Source: Collinsella aerofaciens
GTDB taxonomy: Bacteria > Actinomycetota > Coriobacteriia > Coriobacteriales > Coriobacteriaceae
Reading direction: 5' to 3'
NCBI GenBank assembly: GCA_036299165.1
Contig: JAXJHR010000061.1
Coordinates: 997-64,996, forward strand
DNA length: 64,000 bases
The notes under the pieces are model-generated. The model ran no database searches, was not told the DNA's origin, and saw only the letters and a program-made list of their open reading frames with translations. This document shows, piece after piece, positions 35,099 through 44,750 of this stretch (positions are counted from its first letter, which is position 1; each line of letters begins with the position of its first letter). The position numbers and the translations under genes are program-made.

Positions 35099-35991
35099 AC
35101 ACCGCACTCAACGTCACGGCAGTCATTAATAACAATATGCGAGCTCATATAGTCGATAAAACGCCTCGTGGCGATAGGCATGGTGTCCCAGCTGCGCCAA
35201 GCGGCCACCACGTCGCGCGAGGGAGCATGCACGATGGGCCGCACACGAATTTCGGCTCGCATGCCCTCCACAGTACGACGGTAGAGCATGCTCACGCCTA
35301 GGCCCTCCTCCACCATCGCCATGATGGTGTAGTCGTCGGTTACCTCACTCGTCACGTGCGGCGACAGGCCATGCGCCGCAAATGCATCGAGCACCAGGCT
35401 CTGCTCGCCCTCATCCAGCAGCACAAACGGCTCGGACGCCAAATCGGCGAGCGTCACCTTTTCCTCTGCCGTCAGCGGATGCCCGACAGGCAACAGCGCC
35501 ACCAACTCGTCGTGATAGACCACACGCTTCTCGAGCCCTGCGGTAAAACCGCGCGCCGTAAAGCAAAAGTCAACCACGCCATCGTGCACCCACTGGGCGT
35601 TGCGCGTGTAATCGCCCTGCTTGAGGGTAAAGCGTACGCCCGGGTGCAGCGCCCCAAAGTCGCGGATCACGCGCGGCAACACGGTTCGACTCACGTTGGT
35701 AAACGTCGCAATACGAATATCGGTCGACGAAAGCCCCAGCAGCTCCTGGCGCTTGCCCTCGAGCTCGGCCTCGGCGGTCACGATCTGGCGCAGGTACGGC
35801 AGATATTGTTTGCCGTCGCGCGTAAGCGAAACGCCCTGCTTACCGCGCTCGATAAGCGTGGTACCCAGCTCGCGCTCGAGCGCCTTGACGGCCTGGCTCA
35901 CCGCACTTTGCGTATAGCCCAGCTCGTCCGCCGCACCCTTAAGACTGCCGCGATCGACCACCATACAAACAATCTGATACCGCGATGCCAT
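35095..35991 (-). CDS. LysR-family transcriptional regulator
   Basis: HTH LKGAADELGYTQSAVSQAVKALE. Paralogous to the LysR at 4179 (DDYTIMAMVEEGLGVS versus DDYAIMAMVEDGLGVS). GGAGG RBS. Confidence 0.85.
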   Translation of the reverse strand: MASRYQIVCMVVDRGSLKGAADELGYTQSAVSQAVKALERELGTTLIERGKQGVSLTRDGKQYLPYLRQIVTAEAELEGKRQELLGLSSTDIRIATFTNVSRTVLPRVIRDFGALHPGVRFTLKQGDYTRNAQWVHDGVVDFCFTARGFTAGLEKRVVYHDELVALLPVGHPLTAEEKVTLADLASEPFVLLDEGEQSLVLDAFAAHGLSPHVTSEVTDDYTIMAMVEEGLGVSMLYRRTVEGMRAEIRVRPIVHAPSRDVVAAWRSWDTMPIATRRFIDYMSSHIVINDCRDVECGV

Positions 35992-36149
35992 CGTGCCTCC
36001 ACATCGATGTAGCCGTAAAACGTTTTGCCAAGGCTTCTTCTGCCAACATTAGCATTTCTTAATTATACTGAAGATACATTCGCTTTACTACATCCAAATC
36101 TGAGAGCAGAATCCTTTTTACGAAACCGTTCTGTAACAAAAGGAGTCCC

Positions 36150-37052
36150 ATGGATCGCAAAAAAGCAATCGCGCTCTCATTTTCCGTTCCCGTCGCATGG
36201 GGCTTTTCGTACCCCCTCATGAAGATCGGCATGGACAGCATGAACGCCACGAGTATCGTTGCGCTGCGCTGCATCATCGCCTTTGTGGCCTGCCTGCTGC
36301 TTTTCCACAAGCGCGCGTTGCGCATTAACCGCGACCTTATGGTCCGCGCCGCCATCATCGGCGCCATCATGGCAACCGAGCTCACCTGCATGTGCCTGGG
36401 CTCCAGCCTCACTTCTGCCTCCACTGCCGGCTTTTTGCAGAGCCTGACGGTCGTGATCGTGCCGTTTGCCAACGCCGCCCTGCTGCGTCGCGCCCCCGAG
36501 CGCAAAGTACTCGTCGGCACCGCCATCGTCACCTGCGGTATGTTGCTGCTCTCGGGCGCCGACTTCACCAGCCTGAACCCGGGCGCGCTCATCATGCTGC
36601 TCTCGGCCTTTATCTATGCCAGCCACATTATCGTGGCCAAGCGCTTTGTCGAAGATGTCGACCCGCTGTCCCTGGGCGTTTGGCAGCTGGGCTTCGGCGG
36701 CCTGTTCTCGGGCATCGCCGCATGCGCCTTTGGCGGCTTCACGCTTCCCAGTACGCCCAGCGAGATCGTGGTCGTCGTTGCCCTCGCGCTCATCTGCTCT
36801 GCCTACGGCTTTATCACCCAGACGCTCGTGCAGCCCCACGTGTCCGCCGAGACCACCGGCTTCGCCTTCTCGCTCGAGCCGGTCTGCTCCGCCGTCTTCT
36901 CGTTCTTCCTGGTCGGCGAGGTCCTGAGCCCCATCGCCTTCTTTGGCGCCGCCCTCATCCTCACCGGCGTCATGGTGGCAACCGTCGAGCTTCCGCGCCT
37001 TCGCGCACATGGACAGGCTCACATGGCAGGAGCGCCCGAGCGCGTCTCGTAA
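36150..37052 (+). CDS. EamA/DMT-family transporter
   Basis: 10 TM segments, divergent from the LysR gene. AAAGGAG RBS. Confidence 0.8.
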   Translation: MDRKKAIALSFSVPVAWGFSYPLMKIGMDSMNATSIVALRCIIAFVACLLLFHKRALRINRDLMVRAAIIGAIMATELTCMCLGSSLTSASTAGFLQSLTVVIVPFANAALLRRAPERKVLVGTAIVTCGMLLLSGADFTSLNPGALIMLLSAFIYASHIIVAKRFVEDVDPLSLGVWQLGFGGLFSGIAACAFGGFTLPSTPSEIVVVVALALICSAYGFITQTLVQPHVSAETTGFAFSLEPVCSAVFSFFLVGEVLSPIAFFGAALILTGVMVATVELPRLRAHGQAHMAGAPERVS

Positions 37053-37140
37053 TCCCCACTCCTTATGCAGCCGCGGCATAAAGGCAACCGGTGCGCCTTT
37101 ACAATAGATGCCAACAGAGCATCTGCCATAAAGGAGCCCC

Positions 37141-37866
37141 ATGGACACCGCAACCCGCGACCGCAACATAGCAACTTGGTTGGGCGATGCGCCGCAGCCG
37201 GTACGTGACACTACGAACCAACTGCTCGAGCGCATCGCCCTTTTGCGCACCGAGCAGACCATCTACCCGGCACAAGACGACATCCTCAATGCCCTCGCCT
37301 ACACGCCGGCCGACCAGGTCAAGGTTGTCATCTTGGGTCAAGACCCCTATCACGGGCCCAACCAGGCCATGGGGCTGTCGTTCTCGGTCCCCGCGACGCA
37401 AACCAAGTTGCCGCCAAGCCTGCGCAACATCTATAAGGAGCTCAAAGCCGATCTGGATTGCCCCATTCCCGCCACGGGAGACCTAACGCCATGGGCACAA
37501 CAGGGCGTCCTACTCCTCAACACTACGCTCACCGTGCGCGAGCACGCCGCGAACTCGCACGCCAAACTGGGCTGGAGCACCCTGACCGACTATGTTATCG
37601 AACGCTGCTGCCAGCTGCCCCAGCCGGTCGTCTTTTTGGCATGGGGCCGCTTTGCCCAGCAAATGGTTGAGGGCAAGCTCGACGCGATCGGCGCGGGCAA
37701 GGCAACCGGCAAGTTCTGCCTGGCCTCTACGCACCCCTCGCCGCTTTCGGCCAACCGTGCCACGGCAGAACTCCCCGCTTTTATGGGGTCGCGCCCCTTC
37801 TCCGCTGCCAATCGGCTACTCGAACTGCACGGCTCGACCCCTGTCAATTGGACTTGCCTCGGCTAA
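37141..37866 (+). CDS. ung: uracil-DNA glycosylase (family 1)
   Basis: VVILGQDPYHGPNQAMGLSFSV and THPSPLSA motifs. Confidence 0.9.
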   Translation: MDTATRDRNIATWLGDAPQPVRDTTNQLLERIALLRTEQTIYPAQDDILNALAYTPADQVKVVILGQDPYHGPNQAMGLSFSVPATQTKLPPSLRNIYKELKADLDCPIPATGDLTPWAQQGVLLLNTTLTVREHAANSHAKLGWSTLTDYVIERCCQLPQPVVFLAWGRFAQQMVEGKLDAIGAGKATGKFCLASTHPSPLSANRATAELPAFMGSRPFSAANRLLELHGSTPVNWTCLG

Positions 37867-37881
37867 AAATCGATACATCAA

Positions 37882-37915
37882 AAACGCGCCCGACGGCTTT
37901 CCATCGGACGCGTTT
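37882..37915. terminator. bidirectional stem-loop between ung and the SDR gene
   Basis: AAACGCGCCCGA ... TCGGACGCGTTT. Confidence 0.6.
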
Positions 37916-37916
37916 C

Positions 37917-38597
37917 CTATTCGGGCCAAATAAATTGTGTGCGGCCGGCCTCGCCGCCATCGATCAGCAGGCTCTGCCCGGTCATAAACCGGTTGGTCAC
38001 GCCCACAAAGTAGATCCACTCGGCAATCTCTTGGGCGGTGGCCCAGCGCTTAAGCGGCGTGAGCTCCATAATCTGGTTCCACAGGTGTTCGTCTTCCATC
38101 ACGCAACGGTTGAGCGGCGTGATAACGCCACCCGGGTCCACACTGTTGGCGATAGCCTGCGGCGCCAGACGGGTTGCAAGGTTCTTGGTGTAGGCGATAA
38201 CGCCGCCCTTGCTGGCGGCATAGTCGGGAAACTCCGATCCCGTATGCCCGCTCGCCGACCCCACATTGACCACGGATTTGATAGCCGGCGCCGGCTTGGC
38301 GGCAAGCCCCTCCCCCGCAAAGGCGTAGCGCTCGGTCACGTTGATGGTGCCATACAGGTTGGCGGCGATGTCGTCAGCCGAATCCTGCGTACCGGCAACG
38401 TTCACGATCACCTGGGGTTCAAGGTCGCCTGGAAACGAGTCCGGCTCGCAGACATTAACGATCAGATGGCGGTAGCGCTCATGTTCGATCGCCGCCGGCA
38501 GCAGATCAAAGCCCACGACCTCGTGGCTCTCGTCCAAAAAGCGCTGCACGCACGCGGCTCCGATACCGCCCGAAGCGCCCGTGATCAAAACCCGCAT
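37917..38597 (-). CDS. SDR-family oxidoreductase
   Basis: ITGASGGIGAA (TGxxxGxG) and YAASKGG (YxxxK). Its RBS overlaps the end of the upstream transporter gene. Confidence 0.8.
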   Translation of the reverse strand: MRVLITGASGGIGAACVQRFLDESHEVVGFDLLPAAIEHERYRHLIVNVCEPDSFPGDLEPQVIVNVAGTQDSADDIAANLYGTINVTERYAFAGEGLAAKPAPAIKSVVNVGSASGHTGSEFPDYAASKGGVIAYTKNLATRLAPQAIANSVDPGGVITPLNRCVMEDEHLWNQIMELTPLKRWATAQEIAEWIYFVGVTNRFMTGQSLLIDGGEAGRTQFIWPE

Positions 38598-38606
38598 ACT
38601 TGCTCC

Positions 38607-39329
38607 TTAGGCGGTTGCGTGGCGCTCGAGGTACTCGGAACCCACGTTCTCGCGCTCCCAGCCGCGCACGACCTTGTAGCCCACGGGGCTCAGGAAGACC
38701 TCGCACAGCAGCTCGGCGACAGCGCCGGTCAGCGAGCACATAAGGACCTGCACCCAGGTCCAACCAAAGAACGTGTGACTCACTACAATGGCAAAGACCA
38801 GGTTGTCGATAAACTGGCCAACACCCGTGGACACATAGGAGCGGAAGGCGAAGCTCGCAAAGTTATTCTTTTTGAGCATACGGCCGAGCGACTGGTTGAG
38901 CGTGGAGTTAACCACGGCAGAGACGAGCATTGCCAGCGAAGAGCCCAGCACCACGTACCAGGTGCCGCCGATGGTGGCGTTAAGGGCAGTGTTAACCTCG
39001 ATCATGCCCGTGTCGTAGTAGGCGCCCCACATACCGGGCGTGAGCGAGCATGCCCAAAAGCACAGGCTCACGGCCAGGTTGACCAGCAGCGCGAGGATAG
39101 AGATTTTGATGGATGCCTTGGCGCCAAAGCGCTTGCAGATCATGTCCTGGCACAAAAACGAAACCCAGCTCACCACAAAGCCGCAATCGAGTGCCAGATA
39201 CGGCAGGCTGATGAGCTCTTTGTTGGCCAGCAGGTTCATCATGATGACACTCACGAAAAACAGCGAAACCGTTGCCGCGGGAATGCTCCGCAACAGGACC
39301 TTATAGTCCTCCATGACCTTCTTGATCAT
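38607..39329 (-). CDS. VUT/YhhQ-family (DUF165) queuosine-precursor transporter
   Basis: 240 aa with 6 TM segments. LALDCGFVVSWVSFLCQDMICKRFG and GQFIDNLVFAIV match the YhhQ family. Confidence 0.75.
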   Translation of the reverse strand: MIKKVMEDYKVLLRSIPAATVSLFFVSVIMMNLLANKELISLPYLALDCGFVVSWVSFLCQDMICKRFGAKASIKISILALLVNLAVSLCFWACSLTPGMWGAYYDTGMIEVNTALNATIGGTWYVVLGSSLAMLVSAVVNSTLNQSLGRMLKKNNFASFAFRSYVSTGVGQFIDNLVFAIVVSHTFFGWTWVQVLMCSLTGAVAELLCEVFLSPVGYKVVRGWERENVGSEYLERHATA

Positions 39330-39335
39330 TATGTA

Positions 39336-39384
39336 CTCCTTTGGTTTTAGGTTTAACGAGCAGGATATCGGACCCGAACTGCTC
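39336..39384 (-). promoter_or_regulatory. candidate preQ1-I-like riboswitch / structured leader
   Basis: Minus-strand RNA GAGCAG-UUCGGGUCCGAUAUC-CUGCUC-GUUAAACCUAAAACCAAAGGAG: a hairpin whose loop begins UUC, then an A-rich tail running into the SD. It resembles CUGGG...CCCAGUUAACAAAACAAGG-type preQ1-I aptamers. The loop is longer than usual. Confidence 0.3.
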
Positions 39385-39485
39385 GGACGCCCCGGTCTTG
39401 AGACGACGGTGGGTATGATAGCCGCTCACACGGCATCAGGCAAGCAAACGGCGCGGCAGCCCCGCCAGGCCACCGCGCCGGCACA

Positions 39486-41099
39486 CTAAAACGCTACGTT
39501 GCCAAACTCCGACAGGATAAGATCGGGGTTGTGATCGGTTGCCCAATCCACGTTCCACGGACTCGTAAACAGCAGCAGCTTGCCGCCGCGCATGTCCTCG
39601 ACGCGCAGCGTGTCGCGCGTGAGCGAAAGGCCCGGGATATCGATGGTGTCGGGGTCGTTCTGGATCCAGCGAATGTCCGTATAGGGCAGCGGCTGGCGAC
39701 GAACCTCAACACGGTACTCGGCCTTGAGGCGGCGCTCGAGTACCTCAAACTGCAGCACGCCGACCACGCCCACGATGACGCTCTCCATGCCGGCACCCAG
39801 CTCGCGGAAGATCTGGATGGCACCCTCCTGGGCAAGCTCCTCCATACCCTTGACGAACTGCTTGCGCTTGAGCGTGTCGACCTGCGTAATGCGAGCGAAC
39901 ATCTCGGGGGCAAACGTCGGGATCTCCGGATACTGCACGTGGCGCTTGCCGGAGCACACGGTGTCGCCGATGCTAAAGATACCCGGATCGAACAGGCCCA
40001 CGATATCGCCCGCGTACGCCTCGTCCACGATGGCGCGGTCATCGGCCATCATCGACGTGCCCGTGGCAAGCTTGAGTTTGCGGTTGCCCTGCACGTGAAA
40101 GGCATCCATGCCGCGCTCGAACTTGCCCGAGCAAATGCGCACAAAGGCGATGCGGTCGCGGTGGTTCTTGTCCATGTTGGCCTGGATCTTAAACACAAAG
40201 CCACTAAAGTCGTCGCGGCAGGGATCGACCGGTTCGCTGGTGAGCGTATCGGTATAGGCGCGCGGCGTCGGGGCCAGGCGCAGGAACTCCTTGAGGAAGG
40301 GCTCCACGCCAAAGTTGGTAAGTGCCGAGCCAAAGAACGCCGGGCTCAGCTTGCCGCAGGCCACGGCATCCAAGTCGAGCTCGTCGCCGGCGCCGTCGAG
40401 CAGCTCGATATCGTCCATCAGGTTCTTATGGTTTTCCTCGCCGATGAGCTCATCCATGGAAGGATCGCCCAGCTCGGCCTCGACCTCGGCGACCTTCTTG
40501 GTGGCGTTGGCATGACCGTCGCCCTCAAAGGCAATGACGCGACGGGTCTGACGGTCGAACACGCCGCGGAAGTTGCGGCCACTGCCGATCGGCCAGTTCA
40601 TGGGATACGTATTGATACCCAGGACGTTCTCGATCTCTTCCATGAGCTCAAACGGATCGCGAGCCTCGTGGTCGAGCTTGTTCACAAAGGTGAAGATGGG
40701 AATGTGACGCAGCGTACAAACCTTAAAGAGCTTTTTGGTCTGGGCCTCGACGCCCTTAGCGCCGTCGATGACCATGACAGCGGCGTCGGCGGCCATAAGC
40801 GTACGGTAGGTATCCTCCGAGAAGTCCTGGTGGCCGGGGGTATCGAGAATATTGACGCAGGCGCCGTTGTAGGTAAACTGCAGCACCGAGGAGGTAACGG
40901 AGATACCGCGCTCCTTCTCGATGTCCATCCAGTCCGAGACGGCATGCTTGGCCGAGCTCTTGCCCTTGACCGAGCCGGCGGTCTGGATGCTGCCGGTATA
41001 GAGCAGCAGCTTCTCGGTAAGTGTGGTCTTACCGGCGTCCGGGTGGCTGATGATCGCGAATGTGCGGCGCGACGAGATTTCATCCGACAGGCTTGCCAT
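39486..41099 (-). CDS. prfC: peptide chain release factor 3
   Basis: RRTFAIISHPDAGKTTLTEKLLL, LDTPGHQDFSEDTYR and NKLD. ATG at 41099. Confidence 0.9.
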   Translation of the reverse strand: MASLSDEISSRRTFAIISHPDAGKTTLTEKLLLYTGSIQTAGSVKGKSSAKHAVSDWMDIEKERGISVTSSVLQFTYNGACVNILDTPGHQDFSEDTYRTLMAADAAVMVIDGAKGVEAQTKKLFKVCTLRHIPIFTFVNKLDHEARDPFELMEEIENVLGINTYPMNWPIGSGRNFRGVFDRQTRRVIAFEGDGHANATKKVAEVEAELGDPSMDELIGEENHKNLMDDIELLDGAGDELDLDAVACGKLSPAFFGSALTNFGVEPFLKEFLRLAPTPRAYTDTLTSEPVDPCRDDFSGFVFKIQANMDKNHRDRIAFVRICSGKFERGMDAFHVQGNRKLKLATGTSMMADDRAIVDEAYAGDIVGLFDPGIFSIGDTVCSGKRHVQYPEIPTFAPEMFARITQVDTLKRKQFVKGMEELAQEGAIQIFRELGAGMESVIVGVVGVLQFEVLERRLKAEYRVEVRRQPLPYTDIRWIQNDPDTIDIPGLSLTRDTLRVEDMRGGKLLLFTSPWNVDWATDHNPDLILSEFGNVAF

Positions 41100-41238
41100 G
41101 CGGATCCTTTCTTGCATTGAGTGCATTACGTCGTTGTAACCGCATTATTGTAGCCGCGAAATGCCGTTACAGGGCACCTATCAGGACAAATTCATCAGTT
41201 GGCACTTGGATACCGGTCGGCGGCGGCACTCCGCAGCA

Positions 41239-41463
41239 GTTTGTCTCGACCTGTAACATCTAGACGGGTTTTGAGCCTCTACCTGTTACAGATCGAGACA
41301 AACAGATGGGCCTGCCGCCAAAATCTCAATCTGTAACATCTAGCCGCCCAAAACCGCTCCAGATGTTACAAATCGAGACAAAAGGACCGGCGGACAAACA
41401 GCATCTTAATCTGTAACAACTAGCTGGGAAATTCGGGACTTGGTTTTACAGATTTAGACAAAC
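41239..41463. repeat. three exactly 80-bp-phased units, each with a ~16-bp inverted repeat
   Basis: TCT(C/T)(G/A)A(C/T)CTGTAACA(T/A)CTAG at 41244, 41324 and 41404. Partner (C/A)TGTTACA(G/A)ATCGAGACAAA at 41282, 41361 and 41444. Lies in the divergent prfC/gntR spacer. Confidence 0.85.
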
Positions 41464-41489
41464 GGTGGCCGATCATTCCGATTTTCCTC

Positions 41490-41540
41490 TTGCGTAACTG
41501 TGCATAGTGTATATATACTGTGCTTACCGGTTATATACAC
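41490..41540 (+). promoter_or_regulatory. candidate promoter and operator of the GntR-ABC operon
   Basis: TTGCGT, 16 nt, TATATA. The inverted repeat GTGTATATA (41507-15) / TATATACAC (41532-40) spans the -10 box. Confidence 0.35.
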
Positions 41541-41567
41541 GTGTAGCCCATCAGCTAAGGAGCCGCT

Positions 41568-41948
41568 GTGGACATCATCCTATCCAATTCGAGCGACAAG
41601 CCCATCTACGAGCAGATATCCTCGCAGGTCAAGTCTCAGATCCTTTCGGGCGCACTCGCCGCGGGGGCCAAACTCCCCAGCATTCGTGCGTTCGCGAGCG
41701 ACCTGGGTGTGAGCGTTATCACCACCAAGCGCGCCTATGCCGACTTGGAGCAGCTCGGGTTTATCTGCACCGTGCAAGGCAAAGGCTGCTTTGTCGCCGA
41801 GGGCAACCAAGAGCTCTTGCGCGAAAACCAGCTCTGCCATGTCGAAGAGCTGCTTGCACAGGCCGCGACACAGGCAGAAGCCCTGGGCGTCACGCGCGAT
41901 AAGCTGCACGAGATGCTCGACCTGGTAGCTCCCGAAACCATGCAGTAG
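41568..41948 (+). CDS. GntR-family (YtrA-subfamily) transcriptional regulator
   Basis: KPIYEQISSQVKSQILSGALAAGAKLPSIRAFASDLGVSVITTKRAYADLE, with a short C-terminal helical domain. GTG start after AAGGAG. Confidence 0.85.
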   Translation: MDIILSNSSDKPIYEQISSQVKSQILSGALAAGAKLPSIRAFASDLGVSVITTKRAYADLEQLGFICTVQGKGCFVAEGNQELLRENQLCHVEELLAQAATQAEALGVTRDKLHEMLDLVAPETMQ

Positions 41949-41971
41949 CCATCTGCAAGAAAGGCTATACC

Positions 41972-42853
41972 ATGCAAAACTTGCTAGAACTCAAAGGTGC
42001 CTCACGCCGCGTAAGTGATCGCTTTTCGCTGCGCGATGTCGCACTCACCGTAGAACCCGGTCGGATTGTCGGCTTTGTGGGCGCAAACGGCGCCGGCAAA
42101 ACGACGACCATCCGTGCCGCGCTCGGCCTCATAAAGCTCGATGCCGGCGAGGTGTACCTGTTTGGGCAGCGCTGCGATGCCAATGCGCCCAATGAATCGC
42201 AACACCACCTGCGCTCCCGCGTCGGTCTTGTCCTGGACACGTGCCCCTTCCCTTCCACGCTCAAGGTGGCCGAGGTTGAAGCGCTCGTAGGCTCAGCGTA
42301 CCCCACCTGGAACCACGACACGTTCGTCGGCCTCATCGACCGATTCGGCTTGGATCCCAAGGCAAAGGTCAAGGATCTCTCCCGCGGCATGGGCATGAAA
42401 TTGCAACTCGCGTGCGCACTCAGCCACAAGGCCGAGCTGCTCATCTTGGACGAAGCCACAGCTGGCCTCGATCCCATGGCACGCGAGGAACTGCTCGACG
42501 AGTTGCTCGCCTTTGTCGCCGACGGACAGCACGGCGTATTGTTCTCGAGCCACATTACATCCGATCTTGAACGCGCCGCCGACCGTGTCGCCTGCATCGA
42601 TAGTGGCTCGATTGTGTTCGACCTGCCGCGCGAGGACATTACCGATCGCGCCGGCATTGCTCACTGTTCCCAGGCGCAAGCTGCCGAGCTGATGGCTTGT
42701 GTCGAAGGCGCCCGCGCCACCCGTCATGCCTACAGCGTTGACGTGCTCGTGCCCAACCGACGAGAAGCGCTCGAGGCATTTCCCGAAATTCCCTGTGATC
42801 GGATTTCCATCGATGACTATCTGCGCCTTACGCTGAAAGGAGCATCCAAATGA
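41972..42853 (+). CDS. ABC transporter ATP-binding protein
   Basis: GANGAGKTT (Walker A), LSRGMGMKLQL (signature-like) and LLILDEATAGLD (Walker B). Confidence 0.85.
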   Translation: MQNLLELKGASRRVSDRFSLRDVALTVEPGRIVGFVGANGAGKTTTIRAALGLIKLDAGEVYLFGQRCDANAPNESQHHLRSRVGLVLDTCPFPSTLKVAEVEALVGSAYPTWNHDTFVGLIDRFGLDPKAKVKDLSRGMGMKLQLACALSHKAELLILDEATAGLDPMAREELLDELLAFVADGQHGVLFSSHITSDLERAADRVACIDSGSIVFDLPREDITDRAGIAHCSQAQAAELMACVEGARATRHAYSVDVLVPNRREALEAFPEIPCDRISIDDYLRLTLKGASK

Positions 42854-43548
42854 AACGCGCCTTTATGTCCGAGACTGCCATCATGCGCTCGTTTTTCCCG
42901 AGCATCGCCGGCGTCGGCCTGTTCATATTCGTCGTGTTGACCCTTGCCAACGCGACGGATGGCGACTCCGGCATGAGCGCCGGCACCTGCGCGGTCAGTG
43001 CCATGTCGCCCATCATAATCATGAACTCGCTGGCTGGCTACGATAACCAAAACGGCTGGGAGCGCTATCGAGCAACGCTGCCGTTTTCGCGCAAAGACAT
43101 CGTCTGCGCACGCTACCTGTGCATTATCGCCTTCTCGGCCGTCATGGCATGCGCGGCTACGCTTCTGAACATCCTCGCCCTTCCGTTCTTCGACCACATG
43201 GGCATCCCTTCGACAGGCCAGACGATCTTTGAAATCGCAACCGCCTCGGCGGCGTCGATGCTCATCTCCCTCATGATGGTGTTTTTGGCACAGCCGATAT
43301 TCTTCCGATTTGGACACATGGAGGCACTGCGCCTATCCGTTGGCCTGTTTGCCCTGCTTGGCTGCGGCACCATGGCAACACTGAGCTCCTCCAACCCCAT
43401 TAGCATATGGCTTATGTCATTTGCCGGAGCAAATCCCGACCCCGCCGTCATCGGATGTCTGTGCGCCGGCATTGCCGTCCTGGCGTTCGTGCTATTTGCA
43501 ATCAGCTGCACCGTCAGCACCAAGGTCTATCAAGCACGCGACCTATAG
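42850..43548 (+). CDS. ABC-2-type membrane protein (YtrC/D-like)
   Basis: ATGA overlap with the ATPase gene. 6 hydrophobic segments. No specific motif recognised. Confidence 0.6.
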   Translation: MKRAFMSETAIMRSFFPSIAGVGLFIFVVLTLANATDGDSGMSAGTCAVSAMSPIIIMNSLAGYDNQNGWERYRATLPFSRKDIVCARYLCIIAFSAVMACAATLLNILALPFFDHMGIPSTGQTIFEIATASAASMLISLMMVFLAQPIFFRFGHMEALRLSVGLFALLGCGTMATLSSSNPISIWLMSFAGANPDPAVIGCLCAGIAVLAFVLFAISCTVSTKVYQARDL

Positions 43549-43616
43549 CCGCAAGCAGTATCATCGGACGAGCGCCGTAGACCTGGCGTAGTCGTTCCTG
43601 AGGAGGCGCCACACCC

Positions 43617-44492
43617 ATGTCGTGGGTTGTTGCAGCGTTTGCGTCGGCATTCTTTGCCGGCATCACATCTATTTTGGCCAAATGTGGCATCAAACACACC
43701 GATTCCGATGTTGCGACCGCCATCCGCACCTGCGTGGTGCTCATATTTTCCTGGGCAATGGCAGGTGTTTCCGGATCCGTCGGAACCATTGGCAGCATCG
43801 CGCCCAGGTCCTGGCTGTTCCTCGTTCTCTCGGGACTTGCCACCGGCGGCTCGTGGATCTGTTACTTCAAGGCGCTCAGCATCGGGAACGTCAACGAAGT
43901 CGTACCCGTCGACAAGATGAGCACCGTACTCGCCGCGCTTACCGCCATTGTCCTCTTCGGCGAGACGAGTAATCTTGCCGCAAAGCTTATCGGGACGGCC
44001 GCAATCACCCTCGGTACATTCCTGATGATTGAGAAGAGACAGTCAGCTGGCGTGGATCAAAAGCAAGACCGGACTTGGCTCGTCTACGCCATCGGCGCCG
44101 CCGTTTTCGCGGCGCTCACGTCCATCCTTGCCAAGGTTGGCATCGAGGGCGTCGAATCCAATCTGGCAACGGCGATCCGCACCTGTGTAGTACTCGCCAT
44201 GGCGTGGGCGATTGTGGCGGCCAAGGGAAAAATGGGGCAGGTCACGCACGTTGACCGACATGAACTCGCGTTTCTCGTGGCATCGGGCGTTGCGACTGGC
44301 GCGTCGTGGCTGTTCTACTACTACGCCATTGCCGCCGGGCAGGTAAGCGTCGTGGTACAGATCGACAAGCTCTCGATCCTTGTTTCGGTGCTGTTCGCGC
44401 ACCTGGCCTTCAACGAAAAGCTCTCGCGCCGAAGCGGCATTGGCCTTGCCCTCATCGTTTTGGGCACCGCCGCACTCGCGATATGGAAATAG
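43617..44492 (+). CDS. EamA-like transporter (internally duplicated 5-TM unit)
   Basis: The two halves share ILAK(C/V)GI...ATAIRTCVVL. GAGGAGG RBS. Confidence 0.75.
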   Translation: MSWVVAAFASAFFAGITSILAKCGIKHTDSDVATAIRTCVVLIFSWAMAGVSGSVGTIGSIAPRSWLFLVLSGLATGGSWICYFKALSIGNVNEVVPVDKMSTVLAALTAIVLFGETSNLAAKLIGTAAITLGTFLMIEKRQSAGVDQKQDRTWLVYAIGAAVFAALTSILAKVGIEGVESNLATAIRTCVVLAMAWAIVAAKGKMGQVTHVDRHELAFLVASGVATGASWLFYYYAIAAGQVSVVVQIDKLSILVSVLFAHLAFNEKLSRRSGIGLALIVLGTAALAIWK

Positions 44493-44750
44493 TAGCGGAA
44501 ACGAACGGGGTCCAGTCCACCGGCAAAACTATGACAAATGGCATATCCCCCGCCAGCGCGTAACGTCCTACAATAAATGCGTCACGGGCCTTGGCCCAAT
44601 CTCGATCATCCAAGGGGATGTCTTTTTGGTCATTGTTCTTTAGGGAACGGTCAATTGCATAGAACCATGAAAACGGCCGTCCAACGGTCGTGGTTTGTTG
44701 CGCCGTTCCGCCTCCGTCATCTGCCAATTTACACCTGATAGGAAAGAACA

